Positions 9,727-18,978 of a stretch of 64,000 nucleotides of DNA are shown piece by piece. Origin of the DNA: Thermodesulfobacteriota bacterium. GTDB taxonomy: Bacteria > Desulfobacterota_D > UBA1144 > Nemesobacterales > JAJCZQ01. The DNA is taken from positions 1 to 64,000 of the forward strand of contig OZ244044.1 of the NCBI GenBank assembly GCA_965215275.1. Reading direction: 5' to 3'. The translations under genes and the position numbers were made by a program. A model generated the notes under the pieces. It was given only the letters and a program-made list of their open reading frames with translations. It did no database searches and was not told where the DNA came from. Positions within the stretch are counted from its first letter, which is position 1. Each line of letters starts with the position of its first letter.

Positions 9727-12700
9727 TTATTTAGGTAACATGTCTTGTTTAAAATTAAACCAATCCTTGTTGTTCAAATATGGTCTTTTGTCTTTGCGAA
9801 GTTGTTCAAGCATCATTAACCCTTTGAGTCCGATGTGATATGCTCCATTGGCATCTGCGTTTTTTGGCATAGAATCATCTGCATTACGAGAATCAAAAAA
9901 ACCACCATCCTTGTTTTTTACAGGTGAGATTATCCAGTCCTCATCTGTTTTTATTCTACTGTTACGCATCTGTAGAGTCAGTTTAAGAAATCGAATCAAG
10001 GATTTGAAAAAATTACTGTCATTTTCTTGAATGATCTGATCGATTAAACATTTTTCACTTTTTAAATTAACAGAGTACTCCCTGAACAGTTTTTTTATGC
10101 ATTTAGTCAAATCGATTTCTTGGGTTTTCCATTGACCATTTTTCTCTTTAACATTTTCCAAACGTTTCCCATTACTGTACACTACCCAATCCTGTTTGCT
10201 TCCTTCGGCTTTCTTTGTAAATCCATTGTAATTAAAATGAAACTCAAAGTATTCTTCATTTTTGTTGAAGCATATTTTTTTGAATTTTTTGAAAAAGCCC
10301 TGAGATTCCTTAATTGTTTTATACTTTGGACGGAGCAGGTCGACAAAACCCGTTACAGGACAAACGTTGGAAGTGTAGCCGGGGGACACATAAAAAATTA
10401 AACCTGTTTGTTTTCCCAATTCCCTAAAACTTTTAAACGGAGCAGTCAATTGCAAAGCATTCATCAATCCTCCAACCTCGTTTGGACATCTGTCCTTAAA
10501 CACAAGGTAGTTAAGTTTATCTATAAGCTTTTTTTCTAATTTTTGGTAAACCTGCTTTTCTATTTTAAAACGACCTTTCTTAAAACCATAATTCAAATCC
10601 TCAAATACTACTATAGCATTATGATTGATTATAAGATTAGCTGTTTTGTGTATGACTTGAGATAAATAACCTTCTTTTAAGTCTTTGATTTTTTCAATCG
10701 TTTTCCATGACTTTCTTGCTTTATCTCTATCTTTTTCTCGCTGGTCTAAAAGCTTGTGATAGTCCTTACTGTTAAAAGGATTGTTGAAACTTCCTTGCTC
10801 TAATATCTTTCCTTCTTTACTAATAACCGTGTAATAGGCTAAATGCCTCTCTCCTCTGTCAATACCGATAATATTTACATCCTTATTTGCTTTAAGGAAT
10901 TCATTGACTTTGTCATTGAATTTAAATACTTTTCCATTCTTAAAATTACACGTTACGGACACATGGAAAAAGTAAGAGTTTTTAGCGTAGCGTCTGTCTT
11001 TGATAATTGGGTATTGTTGTTTCTTTTTGGGGTCATTTGCATGGTGTCCCTCTCGCCATGTTTTATCGGAATACTGAATAGAGGCTTTGCGATAAAACAT
11101 ATTAGCATTACCATTAAGTTTATATACTACGTTCTTTAAATTATCATCGTCGAACAGGGCCTTCCAATAATACGTGTGCAAATTAGGTTTTCCATTCGAA
11201 TTGGGCGAAAAGTCCTTACTGTAAATTTCGAAGAGATAAAGTTTTCCATCTTCTACCAACTTATGAATGTAATCACCGGAGATATATTCAAAAGTGATTT
11301 TGTAAGCTTGTTCTTTTATATGATCAGTAAAATCCTTAAAGGTTTCATAATCTTTAGTGGGATAGAAATAAAATTTACACCAATCCCAGTAATGTTTTGC
11401 AGCTTCTTTATAGTAATCAATAAAAATATTAAGGTCTTCTTTTTTGAAATTGGGGCCTTTAGTAGAATAGGATTCTGATTTTTTAATCCTGTAGATTTCA
11501 GGGATATTTTCCTTTTTAAGTTCGTCAAGTTTTTTTGTCTTTCTTACAAAATTACCATTAATCTCAATGAGGTTCTGAATATCCTTACTAGGATCTGCTA
11601 CCTGCTTATAAATCATCTTTTTATAACACTTGTCTATTGTTTTTTGGTTTTTTCTTTTATATTTATTAATCCTATCTTCATCAAACAAAGTTCTATCATG
11701 TTTGTCCATTATCCCTAAATAATACCGATTATCTTTAATGAATATTATACAGGCGTTATCTTTTTCCTTACTCTTGTCCCAACCATCTCCAAGTTGTTGG
11801 TTTTCAAAATTTAATTTGTATTTTTCTGCACTGAAAGGTTTTTTAGTAAAGTAGTTACGTGTTTTGTTGTATATGGGAATAATGTCACAAATTTTTTTGT
11901 ATAATTCGTCAAACTTACTGTAAAACCCTCCATCTTTCTCGTATATTTCGGCTTGTTTTTTATCTTTCTTTTTGAGTTGAAAATGCAGAGGTTTTAAAAA
12001 ATCTAGCAACTCCATCAAAGAATCAAGATAGTGTTTTATCTTTTCTACTTCGTTCTGTTTGCTTTTGAGTTTTTCTTTATTGATTCCTTTGTATTTTTTT
12101 AATACAGGCAAAACGTTTTTATGCGTATTTTGTATTTCCTCAAATATTTTTATTGTTCTTTCGTTTTTCTTAACAGAGAGGTTTGCAAAGTAATCAAAAA
12201 GAGGTTTACTCATAGCAATTTCTTGCTCTTTTTTTATAGTTCCATCTTTCAAATCTTCATCATATTGCTGGCAGTACTTTTCTAAAGCACTGTGAATATC
12301 GTCGAAAGAAAAGTAAGATTGTTTGGTAATCCAGTCTTCTCTCTTTTTTGAAAGTGTTTTTGTTGCTTGCTTGCCTTCTGGAGTAGGGAACTTCTCTTTC
12401 TCGGCATAGTGCTCAAGACAGTTTTTGATAACATCCCACTTGCCAAAAAGGTGTTTGGAAATATCATTTATGGATTTATTATAAATGTAGATTCTATCGT
12501 TATCGACTTTTTTAAGAGTATTTAAGATTTCTTCAACTTCCTCCCTCTTTATGTCCTGCAAATCAGCAGAATTAATTAATTCGCATAGCTCACTATCATT
12601 TTGAATGGTTTCAAGACGAAAAGAATCTGTGTTGTGGTCACTGAGGATTTGTTTGTAGAGTTGTTCTAGTTGGCATTTGCGAATTTTTTTACTTTCGTCG

Positions 12701-13524
12701 GGATGTTCTTGTGCATAAAGATTAACATTTTCATTAATACCCTGATCTCTTGTATTGTTTTCATAACTTCTCCCACCTATAATCAAATTGTATTTTTCAA
12801 TCCCAGTTTGAGTTATACACTGATTAAATCCCTCAAGAGTAAAAATTTTGTCCAAATTGACGTTTAAATTGTTTTCTACTTGAGAAAAATCTACACCTGA
12901 ATAGATAGCTTTCTTGTATCGGTCTATATTGTCCAAGAATCTTGGTAGATTTTCGTGAACTAAACGATATCCAATAGAACCACTATTATCTTTATCTGTA
13001 AAGATATTTTTTCTGTTTTCATGAAACCCTGTAAAGTAGGTCTTCCACCTTTCAAAATCTTTTATAATCCCTTTAGGGTCTTTAATACCTTTTATATTAT
13101 TTGTTTTTGGATTATTTTCTAACCATTTAAAAACATCTTTAATCAGGTCTCCTGTTTTATTTTTCTTTTCTTTATCAAATACGGATGACACTTCTTTACG
13201 CAACTTATTCTGTATAGTTGCTAATTTTTTACTGAGTTCATTATTATATTCTCTATTGTTTTTAAGGTTGTGGTATATATTACAAAACTTTTCTATACTA
13301 TATCTGTTGAAAGAAAAACTTTCTAGTTTGGAATCAACAAGTTGTTTATAGTACTCATCAATAATATTCTTGGCTTGTTTATACTTCTCTGCTAACTTTT
13401 CATCCTCTTGAAGTAAATCCTTCCTTTGTATATGAGCATCAGTTTTTCCAACTGGTTTGAGCCTAAACCTTAATGTTTTATCTACAGAATATATTTTAGT
13501 AAATTCCTTAAACATGTTGTTCAT
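9727..13524 (-). CDS. cas12a: Type V-A effector Cas12a (Cpf1)
   Basis: FTKIYSVDKTLRFRLKPVGKT, YFTGFHENRKN, KLNFEN..LGDGWD, GIDRGERHL, VFEDLN, NADANGAYHIGLKG; RuvC D/E/D intact. Confidence 0.98.
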   Translation of the reverse strand: MNNMFKEFTKIYSVDKTLRFRLKPVGKTDAHIQRKDLLQEDEKLAEKYKQAKNIIDEYYKQLVDSKLESFSFNRYSIEKFCNIYHNLKNNREYNNELSKKLATIQNKLRKEVSSVFDKEKKNKTGDLIKDVFKWLENNPKTNNIKGIKDPKGIIKDFERWKTYFTGFHENRKNIFTDKDNSGSIGYRLVHENLPRFLDNIDRYKKAIYSGVDFSQVENNLNVNLDKIFTLEGFNQCITQTGIEKYNLIIGGRSYENNTRDQGINENVNLYAQEHPDESKKIRKCQLEQLYKQILSDHNTDSFRLETIQNDSELCELINSADLQDIKREEVEEILNTLKKVDNDRIYIYNKSINDISKHLFGKWDVIKNCLEHYAEKEKFPTPEGKQATKTLSKKREDWITKQSYFSFDDIHSALEKYCQQYDEDLKDGTIKKEQEIAMSKPLFDYFANLSVKKNERTIKIFEEIQNTHKNVLPVLKKYKGINKEKLKSKQNEVEKIKHYLDSLMELLDFLKPLHFQLKKKDKKQAEIYEKDGGFYSKFDELYKKICDIIPIYNKTRNYFTKKPFSAEKYKLNFENQQLGDGWDKSKEKDNACIIFIKDNRYYLGIMDKHDRTLFDEDRINKYKRKNQKTIDKCYKKMIYKQVADPSKDIQNLIEINGNFVRKTKKLDELKKENIPEIYRIKKSESYSTKGPNFKKEDLNIFIDYYKEAAKHYWDWCKFYFYPTKDYETFKDFTDHIKEQAYKITFEYISGDYIHKLVEDGKLYLFEIYSKDFSPNSNGKPNLHTYYWKALFDDDNLKNVVYKLNGNANMFYRKASIQYSDKTWREGHHANDPKKKQQYPIIKDRRYAKNSYFFHVSVTCNFKNGKVFKFNDKVNEFLKANKDVNIIGIDRGERHLAYYTVISKEGKILEQGSFNNPFNSKDYHKLLDQREKDRDKARKSWKTIEKIKDLKEGYLSQVIHKTANLIINHNAIVVFEDLNYGFKKGRFKIEKQVYQKLEKKLIDKLNYLVFKDRCPNEVGGLMNALQLTAPFKSFRELGKQTGLIFYVSPGYTSNVCPVTGFVDLLRPKYKTIKESQGFFKKFKKICFNKNEEYFEFHFNYNGFTKKAEGSKQDWVVYSNGKRLENVKEKNGQWKTQEIDLTKCIKKLFREYSVNLKSEKCLIDQIIQENDSNFFKSLIRFLKLTLQMRNSRIKTDEDWIISPVKNKDGGFFDSRNADDSMPKNADANGAYHIGLKGLMMLEQLRKDKRPYLNNKDWFNFKQDMLPK

Positions 13525-13557
13525 ATATTGCTCTTTAATACGACTTTATCTAAAAAA

Positions 13558-14508
13558 TCACTCCTGCCCGCTTAAAAATCTCTCCGCGTCAATTGCTGCC
13601 ATGCATCCGGTACCGGCAGCGGTAATTGCCTGTCTGTAAACATGGTCCTGTACGTCACCTGCCGCGAAAACCCCAGGGACGTTTGTCTGGGTGGAACCTT
13701 CCTTTGTTATAAGGTAACCGTTCTCGTCCATATTCAGCTTGCCTTCAAATATCTTTGTATTGGGGATGTGTCCGATTGCAACAAAGAACCCCTGACAGGA
13801 AAGTTCGCTTATTTCCCCTGATTTTACGTTCTTTACCCTTATTCTGCTGACCCCGGATCGCTTATTACCGATTATCTCTTTCACTACCGTGTTCCACGCA
13901 AAATCAATTTTCTTGTTTGCAAAGGCCCTGTCCTGCATTATTCTTGACGCCCTTAATTCATTTCTTCGGTGAATTAAAGTGACCTTTGTTCCGAACTTGG
14001 TAAGGAACAGGGCCTCTTCGATTGCTGAATCCCCTCCGCCTACTACCACTATTTCCTTATCCTTGAAAAAAAATCCGTCGCACGTTGCACAAGTGGACAC
14101 GCCGTGCCCTAAAAGTTCCTTTTCGGATTCAAGTCCGAGCATCCTTGCCGAGGCGCCGGATGAGATTATAAGAGTTTCAGCAGCAAGTTCTTTCTGATCG
14201 GTTTTAACTTTGAAGGGTCTGCTGGAAATATCTACGTCCGTGATCTCGCCGAACACGCATTGAGCACCAAATCGTTCGGCCTGTTTCTTCATTGATATCA
14301 TAAGTTCAGGACCAAGGACACCGTCTGGAAATCCGGGATAGTTTTCAACGTCCGTGGTCAGGGTAAGCTGTCCGCCTGCCTCCATACCTTCAAAGACAAT
14401 GGGCTTGAGACTTGCACGAGCGGTATAAAGGGCGGCGGTCAGACCTGCGGGGCCGGAACCCATAATAACAACTTTGTATCTATCCTTTATATCTTTATTA
14501 ATCTGCAT
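13558..14508 (-). CDS. trxB: Thioredoxin reductase
   Basis: GSGPAG FAD motif, CATCD redox motif, GGGDSA, VFAAGDV. Confidence 0.97.
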   Translation of the reverse strand: MQINKDIKDRYKVVIMGSGPAGLTAALYTARASLKPIVFEGMEAGGQLTLTTDVENYPGFPDGVLGPELMISMKKQAERFGAQCVFGEITDVDISSRPFKVKTDQKELAAETLIISSGASARMLGLESEKELLGHGVSTCATCDGFFFKDKEIVVVGGGDSAIEEALFLTKFGTKVTLIHRRNELRASRIMQDRAFANKKIDFAWNTVVKEIIGNKRSGVSRIRVKNVKSGEISELSCQGFFVAIGHIPNTKIFEGKLNMDENGYLITKEGSTQTNVPGVFAAGDVQDHVYRQAITAAGTGCMAAIDAERFLSGQE

Positions 14509-14615
14509 TTTTACCTCTGATCAATTGGATTTTCACAGGTATATGATCTGCTGATACCGATGGCTGCTTTAACGACTGTTTATCACGGAATTGTTCAGGA
14601 ACGTAAAAGAACGGA

Positions 14616-15413
14616 TCAAACAAGGTCTTCTCCTCCATCCACCCCGATCACATTGCCGGTTATCCATTGTGCGTCGTCACTGGATAACAGCACGACCGCC
14701 TTTGCAACGTCTTGAGGTGTTGTAAGTCTTCCGCCTGGATTTGCCTTTAATGCGTGTTCTATCAGTGCATCATTACCAGGTATCTTTCTGAGCGCAGGTG
14801 TGTCTGTAACCCCGGCCCTGATGGAATTTGCAGTGATGTCATACGGTGCAAGTTCAACGGCAAGCTGTCTTATATGAGCTTCAATGGCAGCTTTTGAGGC
14901 AGATACTGCGCCGTACGTTGGCCATACCCTGTGGCTCCCGGAACTTGTCATTGCGAATACCCTTCCTCCCTGTCCCATGAGCTTTTCTGTGACGAGGTCC
15001 TGCGTCCAGTAAACGATCGTGTTTGCCATAACGTCGAGCGTCATATCGATGTTCTTTCTGTTCAACATCTGACCGTCGTTTTCTGCGATGTAGTTCTTTA
15101 AAGTTCCAAATGCAACCGAGTGCACCATCACCTTTACGGAGTTTTCTTTCTGAGCTGTTTTCTTTATTGTTTCAATGGTTTCCTTACGCTGGGTTTCATC
15201 TGATACGTTCGTGTTGAAAAAGACCGCCTGACCCCCTTGGGCCTTGATATTTTTCTTTACCTCGTCCACTTTCGGGAGAGTGCTCCTTCTGTCCAGATGG
15301 ACACCAAAAATATTCATACCGGCTTTTGCCAGTGCAATGCTTATCGCCTCCCCAAAGCCGCTTGACGCTCCCAGTACCAATGCCCATTTATCTTTTAATG
15401 AGTTCTTGTTCAC
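14616..15413 (-). CDS. SDR-family oxidoreductase, enoyl-ACP reductase (FabL/FabI-like); likely GTG start at 15413
   Basis: LGASSGFG, YGAVSASKAA, ITGNVIGVDGG; GGAG upstream of the GTG. Confidence 0.8.
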   Translation of the reverse strand: MNKNSLKDKWALVLGASSGFGEAISIALAKAGMNIFGVHLDRRSTLPKVDEVKKNIKAQGGQAVFFNTNVSDETQRKETIETIKKTAQKENSVKVMVHSVAFGTLKNYIAENDGQMLNRKNIDMTLDVMANTIVYWTQDLVTEKLMGQGGRVFAMTSSGSHRVWPTYGAVSASKAAIEAHIRQLAVELAPYDITANSIRAGVTDTPALRKIPGNDALIEHALKANPGGRLTTPQDVAKAVVLLSSDDAQWITGNVIGVDGGEDLV

Positions 15414-15752
15414 CGATCTGCTCCCGTTGCTTTTGAATTTAACGACATAAGCCGGACCATGAAAAGAGCTGGTTGAGTTGAAACCGTTTGCCTCAACCGC
15501 CACCAATACAAACAACTTGGATAATATACTTTATATTAATGGGTTTTGTCAATTAAACGTCGTGGCGATTATTGTAAAGCTGACGTGACAAGGATATGAT
15601 AATGGATTTCAGATGTTTCAGTAAGGGCGTTGTCCGTTTTATTGACGAAATTCTGATTTTAGTAATGTTTTGAGCAAAATCACAGGTATAGCTGAAGGTA
15701 TGATGACAGACGTCCAGTTTACAGATATGAGCACCAGGTCAGAGGAGTTTAA

Positions 15753-17420
15753 ATGAGCGCAGCCGTTATTGCCATAGCCGTTCTTGTTTTGTATTTCCTA
15801 GGGTACAGGTTCTATTCATCGTTTCTTTCCAGGAGGATCTTTAATCTGTCTGATGATGAACTGACGCCGGCAAACAGCTTCAATGATGGTATGGATTTCG
15901 TACCATCTGAAAAACACGTTCTCTTCGGTCATCATTTTGCTTCCATAGCAGGTGCCGCTCCCATTATAGGTCCTGCAATTGCAGTGTTCTGGGGCTGGCT
16001 GCCGGCCATACTGTGGGTTGTCTTCGGGACCATTTTCATGGGTGCGGTACATGATTTTGTGTCACTTGTGGTTTCAGCAAGGAACAAAGGAAGATCTATA
16101 AGCGATCTTGCGGGAGTTATCGTTAATCCCAGGGTAAGGACGCTTTTTATGCTTATTGTTTATTTCCTGATATTTTTTGTGATGGCGGTATTTGCTTATG
16201 CGATCGCGGCATTGTTCGTGAAATTCCCTGCAAGCGTGGTTCCAGTTAATTTTGAGATCATTGTTGCAGTGCTGATAGGTTTTCTGCTTTATAAAAAAGG
16301 CGTGCCGCTCCTGTGGCCCTCAATAATAGCTCTGCTGCTCCTTTATTTCATGATATGGGTGGGAACGAGGTTTCCCGTGCAGGTGCCTGAGGTCTTTGGT
16401 TCACAGGTAGCAACGTGGATAATCTTTCTTTTTATCTATTCTTTTATAGCTTCGGTTCTTCCCGTCTGGATACTGCTTCAGCCCAGAGATTACATAAACA
16501 GTCATCAGTTGTTTGTTGGCCTGGGGATCGTGTTCGTCGGGCTTTTTATTGCCAATCCCCAGATGCAGGCCCCCGCCATCAATGTTGCCGCGGGTTTGGA
16601 CGGAGTTCCTTTGCTCCCTTTTCTCTTTGTAACGATAGCGTGTGGTGCTATAAGCGGGTTCCATGGCCTTGTTTCAAGTGGAACAACCTCAAAGCAGCTT
16701 AATAAAATGACCGATGCGAGGTTCATAGGCTACGGTGGAATGATAGGTGAGGGTACCCTTGCGATGCTTGCCACCCTGGCGGTGGCGGCGGGTATAGAGC
16801 ACAGCGTGTGGCTGACCCATTATGCAAGCTGGCATCTTGCCGCAAGCAGCGGGATCGGAAATTTCATTATCGGTGCTTCTTCGTTCCTGGATTCCCTTAT
16901 GATCCCCAGTGCCATAGGGACCACACTGATAAGCGTTATGGTTATAAGTTTTGCCGCGACTTCCCTTGATACCGCTACGCGAATTCAGAGATTTATAATA
17001 GGTGAACTCGGGTCGGTGTATGAGATCGACTTGCTTAGGAACAGGTACGTGGCATCGTTCCTGGCGGTCGTTCCCGCCGTTATGCTGGCATTTCTTGCAG
17101 AGGTTCCCGGGAAAGGTCCTGGTTCGGGAGGATTTCTGCTCTGGCCGTTGTTTGGAGCCACTAACCAGTTGGTGGCATCACTTACGCTTCTGATCGCCTC
17201 GATATACATGTGGAAAACGGGAAAGCCGTTTATTTATACTTTAATACCGATGATCTTTCTGATGCTTATTACAGTAGGGTCCATGATCTTGAATTTTAAG
17301 ACTTTTGCAGATAATTTTCTGCTGTTGGTGCTTTCGACCGTTGTTCTTGCTCTTGCCATCTGGATAGTGCTTGAGGCACTTTTATTCTACAAAAGGGAAA
17401 GGAGCAAAAGAGGGGATTAA
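15753..17420 (+). CDS. cstA: Carbon starvation protein A family transporter
   Basis: GHHFASIAGAAPIIGP, QPRDYIN, ACGAISGFH, LWPLFGATNQL; many TM segments. Confidence 0.95.
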   Translation: MSAAVIAIAVLVLYFLGYRFYSSFLSRRIFNLSDDELTPANSFNDGMDFVPSEKHVLFGHHFASIAGAAPIIGPAIAVFWGWLPAILWVVFGTIFMGAVHDFVSLVVSARNKGRSISDLAGVIVNPRVRTLFMLIVYFLIFFVMAVFAYAIAALFVKFPASVVPVNFEIIVAVLIGFLLYKKGVPLLWPSIIALLLLYFMIWVGTRFPVQVPEVFGSQVATWIIFLFIYSFIASVLPVWILLQPRDYINSHQLFVGLGIVFVGLFIANPQMQAPAINVAAGLDGVPLLPFLFVTIACGAISGFHGLVSSGTTSKQLNKMTDARFIGYGGMIGEGTLAMLATLAVAAGIEHSVWLTHYASWHLAASSGIGNFIIGASSFLDSLMIPSAIGTTLISVMVISFAATSLDTATRIQRFIIGELGSVYEIDLLRNRYVASFLAVVPAVMLAFLAEVPGKGPGSGGFLLWPLFGATNQLVASLTLLIASIYMWKTGKPFIYTLIPMIFLMLITVGSMILNFKTFADNFLLLVLSTVVLALAIWIVLEALLFYKRERSKRGD

Positions 17421-17469
17421 ATATGACGCATCTTTTACGCAGTTTGCTATTGAATATATCATAATATAA

Positions 17470-17889
17470 GGGAATTATATAGGAAAGTTGACAAAATCCC
17501 ATAACTCCCTTTAATTATTAACTTCTTTTATAAAAAAATTGCCTTTAGAATCTACTACTGATTTAAACCTTTTATTCAGTTCTTCTTTAGTTGGTTTTTT
17601 TAGGTCGTTTATGCGGGACCGGTCCCATTTTTAAGAACATCTATTGCTTGTTGTTTTTCTTTTTTTGCTTTTAATTTTTTCATTATAAAACGAATAACTA
17701 TTAAATATGATCAAGACTTCTCCATACTATATTATCATTACTTAATTCTTCAAAGGTAATAGTTTTTCTTACCATACTTGCTAAAAAGAGCATCCGACCG
17801 GTCTTGTGTGTCTGTTTTAACAATCATCATGAAAACCTATCTATATACTTCTCAAATTGCTATTTTGTCAACTTTCCTATATAGTTCCC
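17470..17889. mobile_element. MITE copy 1 (about 420 bp, 28-bp terminal inverted repeats, IS1595-like ends)
   Basis: Left end GGGAATTATATAGGAAAGTTGACAAAAT, right end ATTTTGTCAACTTTCCTATATAGTTCCC; no ORF of 60 aa or more inside; second copy at 21513. Confidence 0.85.
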
Positions 17890-17916
17890 CTTTATTTGAA
17901 CGTCTGCAAAGATACA

Positions 17917-18024
17917 GTTGAAGTCCTAAGGTATGAATGATGAAAAACATATTCTTGACAACAGAGCCCGCATCAGTTAGAGTCTACGTTGAAGTCCTAA
18001 GGTATGAATGATGAAAAACATATT
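17917..18024 (+). repeat. 37-bp direct duplication of the lolD-like start region enclosing a sigma70-like promoter
   Basis: GTTGAAGTCCTAAGGTATGAATGATGAAAAACATATT at 17917 and 17988; TTGACA(17955)-N17-TAGAGT(17978) lies between them. Confidence 0.75.
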
Positions 18025-18691
18025 TGAGGTCGACAGTATTTACAAGACATTTTCAAACAAGAACAATAAGGTAGAAGTTTTAAAGGGAGTAACCCTTGAT
18101 ATACGCAACGGCGAGACGTTCGGTATACAGGGAGCAGGAGGGTCCGGCAAAAGCACCTTGCTGTATATACTGGGAACTTTAGAGAAACCAACTGAGGGCA
18201 GGGTCCTGTTCGACGGGGTCGACGTCTTTAAGCATGATGACAAGGACCTGTCACGTATCAGGAACGAGAAGATAGGGTTCGTATTTCCGTTCCCCTATAT
18301 TCTTCCGTACCTAAATGCCCTGGAAAACGTTATGGTGCACTGTTTGGCGAACGGAATGGAAAATAAAACAGCAAAGGAAACGGCCTTGGCCGCGTTGGAA
18401 AGGGTCGGTTTAGCAAACAAATCAAGCCAGAAGCCAGGTGAACTGTCAGGTGGAGAGCAGCAAAGGGTTGTAATTGCAAGGTCTGTCGTTTCAGGTCCGA
18501 AGGCAGTGCTTGCAGACGAGCCGGCGAGTAACCTGGACCTGAAAACAGGGATGGGCATAACCGATCTCTTTTTAGGATTGAACGAGGAAAAAGGCATTAC
18601 GTTCGTGATAATTACCCATAACTCCGAGATAGCTGACAGACTGAGCAGAAGGGCAATACTGTCGGATGGGAAAGTAGTCGATGTTAACTAA
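18008..18691 (+). CDS. LolD-like ABC transporter ATP-binding protein, orphan copy 1
   Basis: Walker A GAGGSGKST, RNEKIGFVF, LSGGEQQR, LADEP; no permease nearby. Confidence 0.85.
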   Translation: MMKNIFEVDSIYKTFSNKNNKVEVLKGVTLDIRNGETFGIQGAGGSGKSTLLYILGTLEKPTEGRVLFDGVDVFKHDDKDLSRIRNEKIGFVFPFPYILPYLNALENVMVHCLANGMENKTAKETALAALERVGLANKSSQKPGELSGGEQQRVVIARSVVSGPKAVLADEPASNLDLKTGMGITDLFLGLNEEKGITFVIITHNSEIADRLSRRAILSDGKVVDVN

Positions 18692-18699
18692 AATTTATA

Positions 18700-18978
18700 G
18701 TGTTATTAAGTTCTTTCTCGCTTTTGTCACCAAAGCATATAATTCCCTTAGGATCAGGAGAACGACTGAGAGAATTAGAACAATATATTGCTAAAGCAAA
18801 AGAACAATACAAGGAAGCGACCGAGGATTTTTACAAAGCAATGGAGAAAAATCCACGATTAACAGAAGCATACCATGACAGAGGGCGTACCAACTATAAA
18901 CTTGGTCAATACAGAGAAGCAACCCATGACTTTTACCGTTATATGAGGAAGCGACTGCAGAATTTGATAAAGCAGTAG
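18700..18978 (+). pseudogene. Truncated TPR gene (C-terminal fragment)
   Basis: 3' half nearly identical to the end of TPR gene 19307-20176; 5' part contains an IS-end-like ATATAATTCCC near 18740. Confidence 0.7.

Noticed and set aside
17917..18024. Repeat-spacer-repeat geometry resembling a mini CRISPR array
   Set aside because: The repeat is the gene's own start region and is unrelated to the CRISPR repeat.
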